Virus genome (UHGV): UHGV-0119548
Strand: one strand, 5' to 3'
Source: a virus
Length of the DNA stretch: 41,934 nucleotides
Positions 9,017 to 17,609 of this stretch are shown here, one piece after another (position 1 is the stretch's first letter; every line of letters begins with the position of its first letter). The position numbers and the translations under genes were made by a program. The notes beneath the pieces were generated by a model. That model worked only from the letters and a program-made list of their open reading frames with translations, had not been told where the DNA came from and ran no database searches.

Positions 9017-9172
9017 ATGAAACGCTATGTAGTAGTAATGCTAAATAACGCATTCGAACAAGTGGAAATAGCAATCGTTAAGGGTTTCGACGACGCATTC
9101 AAATACGGTCAATTCATGATGAATGCGAAAGAAGATGAATACCGGGACTTCTTCCTGAAGGCACTTAACTAA
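9017..9172 (+). CDS. hypothetical protein (51 aa), island B
   Basis: ATG preceded by GAAGGAGG; product MKRYVVVMLNNAFEQVEIAIVKGFDDAFKYGQFMMNAKEDEYRDFFLKALN; below track length cutoff. Confidence 0.45.
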   Translation: MKRYVVVMLNNAFEQVEIAIVKGFDDAFKYGQFMMNAKEDEYRDFFLKALN

Positions 9173-9189
9173 GGATGATGGGGTGAGTT

Positions 9190-9444
9190 ATGAAACTGGT
9201 AGCGATTGACAGAAATCTGAAAGCACAGAAAAACGCACAGGACCGGATCATCAAGAAAGGTAAGGAATTACTTAAAGCCTTTCTGAGAAAAGAAGTTTAC
9301 CCCAAAAAGTTACGCGACGGTTACGGATACAAAATGGATATCAATCTTGATCGGAGGCTGTTTAGCGAAGATTTGAAGGTTTGGTTAATTGTTGAGCACC
9401 ATGCCTATAACAAGTTATGTGGCGTGAAAGGCACTCATAAGTGA
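9190..9444 (+). CDS. hypothetical basic protein (84 aa), island B
   Basis: ORF with GGGGTGAG RBS; followed by terminator. Confidence 0.5.
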   Translation: MKLVAIDRNLKAQKNAQDRIIKKGKELLKAFLRKEVYPKKLRDGYGYKMDINLDRRLFSEDLKVWLIVEHHAYNKLCGVKGTHK

Positions 9445-9494
9445 GTCGAGATATTCGAAAGGGGATATATCGCGCGGAATGGTCGTTTATAAAT

Positions 9495-9536
9495 ACGAAA
9501 AATAACCCCGGCATTGCACCGGGGTTTAGTTTATTT
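9495..9536. terminator. bidirectional intrinsic terminator
   Basis: hairpin CCCCGG-CATTGCA-CCGGGG (9506-9524) with TTTAGTTTATTT on plus and A-run-derived T-run on minus; tape-measure stop at 9531. Confidence 0.6.
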
Positions 9537-11873
9537 GCGGCGAGGTTGCAACATTCCGCCTGGTCTTTGAGATTCCCTTGTTATCATTTTCATGGCTACA
9601 CGTTCCATTGTTAATTCAAGTCTGCGGCTGTCTTCGTCGCTGAATCCGTTCGTGGTCTGAATGCTGATACTGACAGGCATACTAATACCGCCACCGCCGC
9701 CAATATCACGGCCCGGAATAACTCTGCCGTTCTCGCCAGGAATCATATATTGATTCCCGTTAGATGTCTGGAATAGCTCCGGCCTGTTGTGTTCCCCTAC
9801 ACGGTACATATTGCCACCAATGACGCTACCACCATTAAAGCGACCGCCGCCAAAAATTGACGTAGCCAGCGACATGATCGCAGTGAGTGCCGCAGAACCA
9901 GCCGCCGCCCATGCGCCGCCAGTTGACGCCGCTGTTGCCGCCGCCGCCGGGGCCGCCGCCGCAGCAATCTGGCCTTGCGCCGCTACCGCGCCCGCCGTGG
10001 TACTTGCCTGAGTCGCTTTGCTTTGCGTTTCCATCATGATCTGATCTGCTATCCAGTTTGCAGCTATGTCTGAAAGCCTGTTACCGATATTCCCGAGGAT
10101 ATTGCTGCCTAAGTTAGCAAAAACATCACTCAATGATTGAGTACCATTTAACAGGCCAACAAGTGCATTGCTCATACCACCTTTAAGGCCATTAACGCAA
10201 TCACCGATAAGGCTGTTTGTGTCGCTTTGCGCCTGCCATTGCTCCCACTTCAGATCGCGGATCTGTTGCTCATAGGCTAACAGTTCCTGTTTCTGTTGCG
10301 CTTCCGTCACGCCCAGGTCGATAAGCATTTGCTTACGGACGGCCCATTCATTTTGAACCTGCTGAATAGGGTCTACTTCGCCCTTTAGCTGATCCATCGG
10401 GCTTACTATTTGCTCCCATTTGTCGCGCAATTCCTCTACCGGAATTTGTGCTAATTCTTCCTTTAGTTCCTTACCTATCCCTTTTTGCGCGGCGCGGTAC
10501 TCAAGGAGAGTGATTTTACCCTGGGCGAATGCAGCATCAATGGCCTTGCCGCTCTCTAACGCTTTGCGCATAGCGGCGGCGTCTTTGTTGTACTGGTCAG
10601 AAACGCTTATACCTTTATCGCCAAGACGATCAGCTTCAGATTTCTTCTCTTTTTTCTGTTTTTTCGGTTTGTCTACTGGCTTGTCGAATCCGGTAATCGC
10701 TCCGTCATTGGCGGCATTCTGTTCATTTTTCCTTGCTTCTTCTGTAGCCTGGATTGCTGCGGTCAGATCATCCTGTAGTTGCATGACCTTGCCAACGGTC
10801 TTACCGTATTTCTTCTCGTAGTTGCTGTTATATTCGTCGGTTTGCTCTCCTACGACCTCCTTCATCCATTTGTAGGCATCCATTAGTGCCTTGATTGGCG
10901 TCACCATTGCGATGATCTTCTCGGCTACCTCGCCAGCCTTGATTCTGACATCTTCAAACATGTCGATGAATTCGCCACCAGCCGTCTTCAGGGTGTTAAA
11001 GCAGGTTTTAGCGAAATCAGCGCCTTCACCTAAAGCCTTAACACCTTTCGTTACAAGATCGATACCAGCAACAACCGTATCGGATACACCGAAAAGATCA
11101 TCCAATTGCTCAACAAGTCCCATAACCTCGACTTTAAGCTCATTCAGGGCCATGCCGGATGTGCGCGGCAACTGCGCAAACTTCTCGTTTGTTTCCTGCG
11201 TAGCCGCCTGGATTGCGTTAACCATCCTTTCTGCCGTGATCTTACCGTCCAGCATTTCGGCGCGGAATTGGCCCATTGATAACCCCATCTGGCGTGCCAT
11301 TGTCTGTACGATGGTCGGGGTGTTTTCTAACAGGCTGTTGAATTCTTCAGCACGCAACACGCCACCGTCGATAGACTGACGGAATTGACGCATTGAGTTT
11401 GACATCTGCTCCGCTGACGCGCCGCCCAACGCCCCCATTTTCTGAATCGTACCTACCAGGTTAAGCAATTGCCCTTCAGTGGCGGACGTGTTCTTCAGTG
11501 AGATAGCTAAGCCTTGCCACAGATCCCCGGTATCCTTCATGCTTTGGCCTGTTTCTTTTGATATTGCTTTCAGGCCATCAAAAACCCGTCCGGCGGACTC
11601 CGCATCGCCCGTAAGCATTTTGATTTTTACGCGAAGCATTTTTGCTTGCTCCGCCATATCCATAAATTGACGCACGGCCTCCGCAGCAATTAGCAAATGG
11701 ATAACCCTGGTCAGTGCCTTGATGGATGTTTTCAGGGTGTTTACCTGGCGGTCAGCCTGTTTTGCGCCGCGCTCTATACGCCCAAAGGCCTGGTCTGCCT
11801 GTCGTTGTGCAACGAGAAGTTGACCAGTTTTCGCATCAACTTCGTAATAAATTGTACCTACACTGGTAGCCAT
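9531..11873 (-). CDS. tail tape measure protein (780 aa)
   Basis: long alpha-helical Ala/Gln-rich ORF with Gly-rich C-terminal region, between chaperone-position gene and M. Confidence 0.9.
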   Translation of the reverse strand: MATSVGTIYYEVDAKTGQLLVAQRQADQAFGRIERGAKQADRQVNTLKTSIKALTRVIHLLIAAEAVRQFMDMAEQAKMLRVKIKMLTGDAESAGRVFDGLKAISKETGQSMKDTGDLWQGLAISLKNTSATEGQLLNLVGTIQKMGALGGASAEQMSNSMRQFRQSIDGGVLRAEEFNSLLENTPTIVQTMARQMGLSMGQFRAEMLDGKITAERMVNAIQAATQETNEKFAQLPRTSGMALNELKVEVMGLVEQLDDLFGVSDTVVAGIDLVTKGVKALGEGADFAKTCFNTLKTAGGEFIDMFEDVRIKAGEVAEKIIAMVTPIKALMDAYKWMKEVVGEQTDEYNSNYEKKYGKTVGKVMQLQDDLTAAIQATEEARKNEQNAANDGAITGFDKPVDKPKKQKKEKKSEADRLGDKGISVSDQYNKDAAAMRKALESGKAIDAAFAQGKITLLEYRAAQKGIGKELKEELAQIPVEELRDKWEQIVSPMDQLKGEVDPIQQVQNEWAVRKQMLIDLGVTEAQQKQELLAYEQQIRDLKWEQWQAQSDTNSLIGDCVNGLKGGMSNALVGLLNGTQSLSDVFANLGSNILGNIGNRLSDIAANWIADQIMMETQSKATQASTTAGAVAAQGQIAAAAAPAAAATAASTGGAWAAAGSAALTAIMSLATSIFGGGRFNGGSVIGGNMYRVGEHNRPELFQTSNGNQYMIPGENGRVIPGRDIGGGGGISMPVSISIQTTNGFSDEDSRRLELTMERVAMKMITRESQRPGGMLQPRRK

Positions 11874-11914
11874 GATTTAACCTCATGCAAAAATGTGATC
11901 TGTGTATCTATTTT

Positions 11915-11953
11915 ATACAAAATGGCTTTACTTCAACGACTCCATTTTGTATA
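11915..11953. promoter_or_regulatory. perfect 12-nt inverted repeat TATACAAAATGG / CCATTTTGTATA in divergent intergenic region
   Basis: copies at 11915-11926 and 11942-11953, 15-nt spacer; TGTATAAA resembles a -10 with TTTACT as -35 17 nt upstream for gene at 12001. Confidence 0.4.
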
Positions 11954-12000
11954 AAGAAGCCAAAGGGAATGGTCAGTAAATCAAGTTAGCGTGGTGGGTT

Positions 12001-12660
12001 ATGAAACGGTTAGCAAAAGTGGCAATGATTGCGGCGGTATTGGGTCTGGTTGGTTGCAATGAGGATAATGAAAAAGCGCCTATAGTGACCACTCAAGAAC
12101 AACAAGCATTAGCAGAGAAAAATGCTAAATGGCTTGCAGAACAACAAGCAAAACAAGCCGCATATGAGGCACAGTTAGCAAAAGAAAAAGCTGGTAAACA
12201 GTGGCTTGTGGTCGAAAGAAAAGATGATATGCAGGACACAAAAAACGTGTTCCTTTTCGTGAAAGCAGAACATTTCAGCGGAAGTCTTGATGCTTTCCCT
12301 ACACTGAAAGCACGGGATGAAAACAAACCTGTATTAACAATCGCTTGCCAGGGTAATAAAACAAAAATGTTCGTAGCATGGTCAAACCATGTAACTGACG
12401 CTGGGGACACTACTTATATTAACTACCGGATCGGCGATCACAAAGCTGTAGCTACTGAATGGAGTCGGTCAACTAACTATAAAGCTCTTGGATTATGGAA
12501 CGGCAAAAAAGCCATTCCAATGATTAAAAAACTGGTTAACGAAAAACAATTTATCATTGAAGTAGTGCCGGAAGCTGGCGACATTGAGAAAGCAGTGTTT
12601 AACATTGATGGTCTTTATAACCACATCGACAAAGTGAAAAACGCTTGCAACTGGAATTAA
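12001..12660 (+). CDS. lipoprotein (219 aa), island C
   Basis: signal peptide MKRLAKVAMIAAVLGLVGC with lipobox LVGC; RBS GGTGGG. Confidence 0.7.
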   Translation: MKRLAKVAMIAAVLGLVGCNEDNEKAPIVTTQEQQALAEKNAKWLAEQQAKQAAYEAQLAKEKAGKQWLVVERKDDMQDTKNVFLFVKAEHFSGSLDAFPTLKARDENKPVLTIACQGNKTKMFVAWSNHVTDAGDTTYINYRIGDHKAVATEWSRSTNYKALGLWNGKKAIPMIKKLVNEKQFIIEVVPEAGDIEKAVFNIDGLYNHIDKVKNACNWN

Positions 12661-12669
12661 GGGTGAAAC

Positions 12670-12990
12670 ATGAAACGCGATGAATGGATGAGAAAATGGG
12701 AACATAAACAAGTAGCATATAATCGCAAGATGAACCGCGAATTTGACTTCGGTGTCGCAGAGCGTGATTGTGGGTATAAAGGAAATCTAAATGGTGCATA
12801 TGTTCAACATGTTGGCGATAAACAGTATTATTACATTGTCAACTTCAACCATGTATTGCACGCAGATCTGGTTGTTATTGATGGGAAAACAAAAATAGTA
12901 GCGAATAAACGCATTAATAAGAACGCAGCAATCAATATATTAACAGTGATTCGCACCCAGATGAATGTGCTTTACGAAAAAATAGCATAA
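12670..12990 (+). CDS. hypothetical protein (106 aa), island C
   Basis: ORF 10 nt after lipoprotein gene; followed by terminator. Confidence 0.5.
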   Translation: MKRDEWMRKWEHKQVAYNRKMNREFDFGVAERDCGYKGNLNGAYVQHVGDKQYYYIVNFNHVLHADLVVIDGKTKIVANKRINKNAAINILTVIRTQMNVLYEKIA

Positions 12991-13000
12991 GCGAACTTAA

Positions 13001-13030
13001 CAAAAACGCCCGGATCTACCGGGCTTTTTC
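13001..13030. terminator. bidirectional intrinsic terminator
   Basis: hairpin GCCCGG-ATCTA-CCGGGC (13008-13024), T-run 13025-13029, A-run 13002-13006. Confidence 0.55.
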
Positions 13031-13693
13031 TTGCTCGCGATTTTTCATTCTTTTTAGTATCTCCATAGCACCATTCATTCCATCGTCATAAGCCTTTTTA
13101 TCCAGCAATACATTTGGGCGTTTTTGTTTGTTTCTTGCTTCTGGCGGCGTTTTAGCGCGTACAACGGCCCTATATCCGGTCATTGTCATATTCCATGCTT
13201 CTGATTCTGATAACCCCAGGTGAGCTACGGCAGAATAAACGAATTCCAGCACGTTAAAAGTCGGCTTATATTCCCCTTCCCGGATCTCTCCGGCGTCTTC
13301 TTCTGGCCCGTCACCGATTAAACCGTGGTACATGCAATGTTGTGCCAGCGTGATAACGTCACTGGTCGGCATCAGTCCGGGTTTTAGTCGTAACTTGGCG
13401 GAAGAAGTTAACCTACATTCACCCAATAACGGGGCTATTTCGTCGTCTGAGCAACATTTCAGGATGCGCATTGACGTTTGTACTATCTCACCATAACACC
13501 GCGCCATAATGCGATTGCGGAGGTCTGGATCTGTAGGCAATCGTGATGGGTATTTGCTGCCGTGGATAAGTGCGAAATATTCGACAAGCTCACTATCGTT
13601 GCCGATTTTAGCCATCGCAGCAAAGCAAGGATTAAACTCATAGCGCTTACCGTTCACCACAGCCGCAAATTGTCCTGTACGAACATGGATCAT
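13016..13693 (-). CDS. putative tail assembly chaperone (by position), about 225 aa
   Basis: between major tail gene and tape measure; start taken at ATG 13693 with AAGGTGA RBS (track uses upstream GTG 13702). Confidence 0.5.
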   Translation of the reverse strand: MIHVRTGQFAAVVNGKRYEFNPCFAAMAKIGNDSELVEYFALIHGSKYPSRLPTDPDLRNRIMARCYGEIVQTSMRILKCCSDDEIAPLLGECRLTSSAKLRLKPGLMPTSDVITLAQHCMYHGLIGDGPEEDAGEIREGEYKPTFNVLEFVYSAVAHLGLSESEAWNMTMTGYRAVVRAKTPPEARNKQKRPNVLLDKKAYDDGMNGAMEILKRMKNREQEKAR

Positions 13694-13705
13694 AGTATTC
13701 ACCTT

Positions 13706-13730
13706 AAAAGAAAAGGGGCCAAATGGCCCC
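13706..13730 (-). terminator. intrinsic terminator after major tail gene
   Basis: hairpin GGGGCC-AAAT-GGCCCC (13715-13730) followed on minus strand by TTTTCTTTT. Confidence 0.55.
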
Positions 13731-13748
13731 GATTGTTAATATTGGCTG

Positions 13749-14225
13749 TTATGCTGGCGGAACGTCGCCTACCGTTACCTTGCCAGCGCTTTCGCACTCA
13801 ATGGACCAGGTGGAAACATCATCGTGTGGATCTTCTTCTTTAAAGGAAGTGCAAAGGAATGGGCCTTCAGTTACGTCTACAGGAGAAACGATCTTCAGCC
13901 ATACATAAGGTTGTGATCCGGTGGTTTCACCTGGCGTAATTACGTGGCGTTTCAGCGCTTTCTGATTATGGATTTCTTCAGTGCGGGACACACCGTCGCC
14001 GGAGAAAGAAACGGATTTGTAAGTAACCATTGATTCTTTCGTGTAATCGGCTGATTTATCGGCGGTGGCGTCAGCGGTTTCCCATTCAACGGAAAGTGTT
14101 TTACCACGCATCATGCCTAACGCTTTGTACGCTCCAGTTTCCGGCTTCGCATTTGGACAAGCGATAGCGAAGAATACAGCAACGTCACGGCCTGTAAACG
14201 TGCCTTTTTCGCAAGTCTGAGACAT
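13749..14225 (-). CDS. putative major tail (tube) protein (158 aa)
   Basis: position upstream of chaperone and tape measure; terminator directly downstream. Confidence 0.6.
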   Translation of the reverse strand: MSQTCEKGTFTGRDVAVFFAIACPNAKPETGAYKALGMMRGKTLSVEWETADATADKSADYTKESMVTYKSVSFSGDGVSRTEEIHNQKALKRHVITPGETTGSQPYVWLKIVSPVDVTEGPFLCTSFKEEDPHDDVSTWSIECESAGKVTVGDVPPA

Positions 14226-14238
14226 GTTAATTTACCTC

Positions 14239-14625
14239 TTATCTTGATATGATGGTTTGAAAAGCTACGGTAAAAATAAAGCGCCCTTCTCTTGTCTGCA
14301 TTGCAGGAATAGCGCCAATTGGTTTCATGTGTGTAATTTTATCAGTTTTATATTCGGTTATCATACTTTGGCGTATTGCATCGGCGAGATCTTCCACTTC
14401 ACTGATATTTGCGTCATTACGCGCTGAAATAACCAGGATGCGGAAATAATCACGTGTTATTGCTTCTTCACCAGCAGCCCCGCCGTTTTGCTGTATGACA
14501 ATGTATCTGCTGTTATTCGAATTGGATTTCTCATTCCAGAAACGGGCCTGCAAAATATAACCTTCGTCGTACCCGTGGGATTTAATCCAATCCCTTATTT
14601 CGTCATATACTTCGCTGCGTTTCAT
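14239..14625 (-). CDS. putative tail terminator / tail completion protein (128 aa)
   Basis: position in neck-tail module; no motif recognised. Confidence 0.4.
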   Translation of the reverse strand: MKRSEVYDEIRDWIKSHGYDEGYILQARFWNEKSNSNNSRYIVIQQNGGAAGEEAITRDYFRILVISARNDANISEVEDLADAIRQSMITEYKTDKITHMKPIGAIPAMQTREGRFIFTVAFQTIISR

Positions 14626-15095
14626 GATTGTTTCGTCCAGTACCCAAGTTTAATCGTGTTCCAGATCTCATTAAAGTTGTCCGGTTCCTCGAACGCCTTG
14701 CGCAAAAATTCCGGTTCCGCGTTTGGATCCCAATAATAACCCTTCCCAGTACCGCCGCCGAACTCAACTACCTGTTTCGGGCCGAAATCTGAAAGGTTAT
14801 TGGTTTTCCCGAAATGCTCGCGCGGCTCTCCCATTAATGTTCCTGGCATGTCATGCACCCATTCAGCATAGCGGGCGGTATACCCAACCATTAAGCAAAG
14901 GCCGTCACCGTTTTTCTCTACGGTCTGGTACATGCTGTTAATTAAAAAACCCGTATCAACTGGTGTCATTCCAGAAGCAAGGCCGGAGGCAACGTTACCA
15001 ACCAGCCACAGCACTTCATAAGTCTTTTTGTCTGCTATGCTCCTGATTTCTTCCGTCATTTTCATACGGACGCGTCTGACGCCTTTCAGTGGCAT
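14622..15095 (-). CDS. putative neck/tail-component protein (HK97 gp10-like, by position)
   Basis: 157-aa ORF coupled (overlap) to neighbours in head-tail joining module. Confidence 0.45.
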   Translation of the reverse strand: MPLKGVRRVRMKMTEEIRSIADKKTYEVLWLVGNVASGLASGMTPVDTGFLINSMYQTVEKNGDGLCLMVGYTARYAEWVHDMPGTLMGEPREHFGKTNNLSDFGPKQVVEFGGGTGKGYYWDPNAEPEFLRKAFEEPDNFNEIWNTIKLGYWTKQS

Positions 15096-15097
15096 GA

Positions 15098-15472
15098 TTA
15101 ACCCCCTGTCACGATCTTATAATCCGGCGTGTCATTAAACATGCTCATGTCCCATTCAACAATCCCGGTTATAAAGTTGGCCCCAGCCTCCAACGGGTCG
15201 GCAATAGAAGTAGTGTCACCAGTGGCAAGCATCCATCCTTTTTCCGGGCGCTGTACTGGCTGCATCTTGTGAAGCAGTTCGGTATATACGGTTATCGTGT
15301 TGCTAACCTCATTCCCGTTTGCGTCTGTTGCGGTTCCGTCAGTACGCTCCCATGCACAATCTACCAGGTATGGCGTACCGTATACGTCGGAGTTTGTCCA
15401 GTCGTCACGCGTTACTGGGTAAATGGTGGCTAACGCCTTGTAAGTAAATCTCGATAACTTACTCATAGCCAT
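15098..15472 (-). CDS. putative head closure / head-tail joining protein (124 aa)
   Basis: position; overlapping start-stop with neighbours. Confidence 0.4.
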   Translation of the reverse strand: MAMSKLSRFTYKALATIYPVTRDDWTNSDVYGTPYLVDCAWERTDGTATDANGNEVSNTITVYTELLHKMQPVQRPEKGWMLATGDTTSIADPLEAGANFITGIVEWDMSMFNDTPDYKIVTGG

Positions 15473-15644
15473 AGCTCCATTTAACGATTTTCGGATGGGT
15501 TTTAGCTACGCGCGGGCAAAGAATTACCCATTCGCCAGCATCATTAAGATAGGCCGCCACCTGTCGCCCGGTGTCAGTTTTCACCCACACGCGGGTAAAC
15601 AGTTTCGGCAATAGCGGATCCGGTAATGTCAGGTCGTTCCACAT
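15459..15644 (-). CDS. hypothetical protein (61 aa)
   Basis: short ORF packed between connector-region genes. Confidence 0.35.
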   Translation of the reverse strand: MWNDLTLPDPLLPKLFTRVWVKTDTGRQVAAYLNDAGEWVILCPRVAKTHPKIVKWSYGYE

Positions 15645-15646
15645 TG

Positions 15647-16033
15647 TTACATCCTCCCGCTTTTACCTATCCACAATCCTGCGTGCGCGGTGTTTTCTGG
15701 ATCTGGTGGAATCAGTTCGGCTGTACAGTGATGTTTATCAAGGGAGTAAAGCAACGAGTAGGCTGCCTTCCATTTTTTATTAAAATCGACATAGCGGTAT
15801 GACTGGCCTGCACCGTTCGGACCAGTTTGCGAGGAAACGTACTTGTTAGCCTGGGTGAGTCCTAACAGGCCGATCAGATAAAGTTGGATCAATGTTGCAG
15901 TGGAGGCAGGATAGTTGGCATCAAGGCATTCATTAACGCTGTTTGCCTGCTCCACCAGCAAGGATAAGATAATGTCTGGCAGGTCAACACCCTGGCTTTC
16001 AAGATATTCCCGCGCCTGTTCTGTAGTGACCAT
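15647..16033 (-). CDS. putative head-tail connector/adaptor protein (129 aa)
   Basis: first gene after capsid terminator; start at ATG 16033 with GGAG RBS (track start 16069 lies inside the terminator hairpin). Confidence 0.45.
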   Translation of the reverse strand: MVTTEQAREYLESQGVDLPDIILSLLVEQANSVNECLDANYPASTATLIQLYLIGLLGLTQANKYVSSQTGPNGAGQSYRYVDFNKKWKAAYSLLYSLDKHHCTAELIPPDPENTAHAGLWIGKSGRM

Positions 16034-16049
16034 TTTGTTTGCTCCACAT

Positions 16050-16080
16050 ACAAAAAAAATCCCCGGCATCGCGCCGGGGA
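16050..16080 (-). terminator. strong intrinsic terminator after major capsid gene
   Basis: hairpin CCCCGGC-ATCGC-GCCGGGG (16061-16079) followed on minus strand by TTTTTTTT. Confidence 0.6.
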
Positions 16081-16098
16081 GTTACAGGAAATACAAAA

Positions 16099-17151
16099 TT
16101 ATTTGTGACCGTAAACGACACCGGAACGGCCCAGCATGTCGCAGGTGATTTGTAAACCTTCGGCAGACATGATTTTGAAGTTGTAGTTATCAGTCGGCAT
16201 AAAGCGCGGCAGAGGGACAACACCAGTAGTCATACCAACCAGCGGGGTAATGACGTTGCGACGGCGTTGGTAAGCAATGAACTCGTTACCTTTCAGAGCA
16301 AAGGTCTGACGGATTTCTTTAACCGGAATGAACGGTTTAACGATATTCAGTACAGTACCAACAACAGTACCGTTAGCAATGTGCGGCGCTGCCAGGTTAG
16401 CCATGATTTCAGGTGACACCCACATGATGTCATACTGGTCAACGCGGTTGTTACGGGCCATGACACCGAATGCACCAGTGGTGAAGAATTTGATGATGTC
16501 GTCGAATCCGTCAGTGGTGAGGTCGTCAGTGGTCATTTTCAGTTGCTGGGTATTACGGTGATTTTTAATACCCTGGCCAGGTTTACCGTTGACGTTGATT
16601 TTTTCGTTACCGTTAAGGTAATACTCAACGCGGGCTTTGTTGAATTTTTGCAGTTTCAGACGCTGGCTGTCCAGGGCGAGGTCAATACCTACAGTTTTCA
16701 TACCTTCGGAATGACGCCAGTTAACACCGTAACCCGCTGTAAACATCGGGATCGGGTCGCTATCGCTGCCGTATTCGGTGTGATCAAAGCCGTGTGGCGC
16801 TTGACCATCAATACTAACTACGACTTCATCGTTAATATCACCGGATACGCTGTACATTTTCTCTGTTTTACCGATTGGCAATACGGTTTGCACAGCCATC
16901 AGATCGTTTACAATTTCAATACCAGTCTCTTCGGTGCTCATTTCGATAATCTGGTTATCGATAGCTTTCCAAAATTCATGATCGAAGCCGCCAACGGCAT
17001 TACATGCCAGGATGTCAGCGGTCATGTTTGCCATATTTGCGGCAATAAGAGCGCCGTCATGACTATTGAACATGTTGCGCTGCGCCCAAAGGTGATCCCA
17101 CTGAGCACGAATGCGGCTGTTGGTAGCAAGGTTGTGTTTATTAAACAACAT
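16099..17151 (-). CDS. major capsid protein (350 aa)
   Basis: position after scaffold-like and decoration-like genes; strong RBS; terminator downstream. Confidence 0.75.
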   Translation of the reverse strand: MLFNKHNLATNSRIRAQWDHLWAQRNMFNSHDGALIAANMANMTADILACNAVGGFDHEFWKAIDNQIIEMSTEETGIEIVNDLMAVQTVLPIGKTEKMYSVSGDINDEVVVSIDGQAPHGFDHTEYGSDSDPIPMFTAGYGVNWRHSEGMKTVGIDLALDSQRLKLQKFNKARVEYYLNGNEKINVNGKPGQGIKNHRNTQQLKMTTDDLTTDGFDDIIKFFTTGAFGVMARNNRVDQYDIMWVSPEIMANLAAPHIANGTVVGTVLNIVKPFIPVKEIRQTFALKGNEFIAYQRRRNVITPLVGMTTGVVPLPRFMPTDNYNFKIMSAEGLQITCDMLGRSGVVYGHK

Positions 17152-17170
17152 AGTTTTTCACCTCTTACTA

Positions 17171-17599
17171 TTATGCAACGCGGACACGAACAAAATCAGC
17201 CGCTTCAAGGGTTACAGTTTCCTGACAGAAAGCGAAAACTGGATCGGCAGGGGTTTGTGATGGCTCGCTGGACGCTGGTTTTGCTAATGCGAAGCCAGAC
17301 TCGCCAATGGTGATTCCTGCGTCTTTGGTGTAAGTACCTTCAGGAAGAAGAATTGCAAATTCGCGTCCTTCTTCTGCGTAGTCAGCAACCACGGAATGAC
17401 CAACCGGGATCGCATCTTCAATACCTAAACCTTCATGATATGCCGGATTGACAACATAAATACGGCCTTCGGTATCAGTTGCGGCAGCGAATTTACCAGC
17501 CGCCATTTTTACCGGAGTACCTGGCTTAAGTGCTGCGTCAGATACTGCGGTTTCAGTAACGGATTTACCGTCAATATTTACACGACGAAAACGGGCCAT
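17171..17599 (-). CDS. putative head decoration / minor head protein (142 aa)
   Basis: small Ala/Gly/Pro-rich ORF between scaffold-like and capsid genes. Confidence 0.45.
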   Translation of the reverse strand: MARFRRVNIDGKSVTETAVSDAALKPGTPVKMAAGKFAAATDTEGRIYVVNPAYHEGLGIEDAIPVGHSVVADYAEEGREFAILLPEGTYTKDAGITIGESGFALAKPASSEPSQTPADPVFAFCQETVTLEAADFVRVRVA

Positions 17600-17609
17600 A
17601 ATTCACCTC

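Noticed and set aside
9017-9172. Apparent frameshift giving a 17-aa truncated peptide
   Set aside because: A first hand-translation suggested a premature stop, but re-reading gaacaagtggaa shows an intact 51-aa reading frame; the error was mine, not the sequence.
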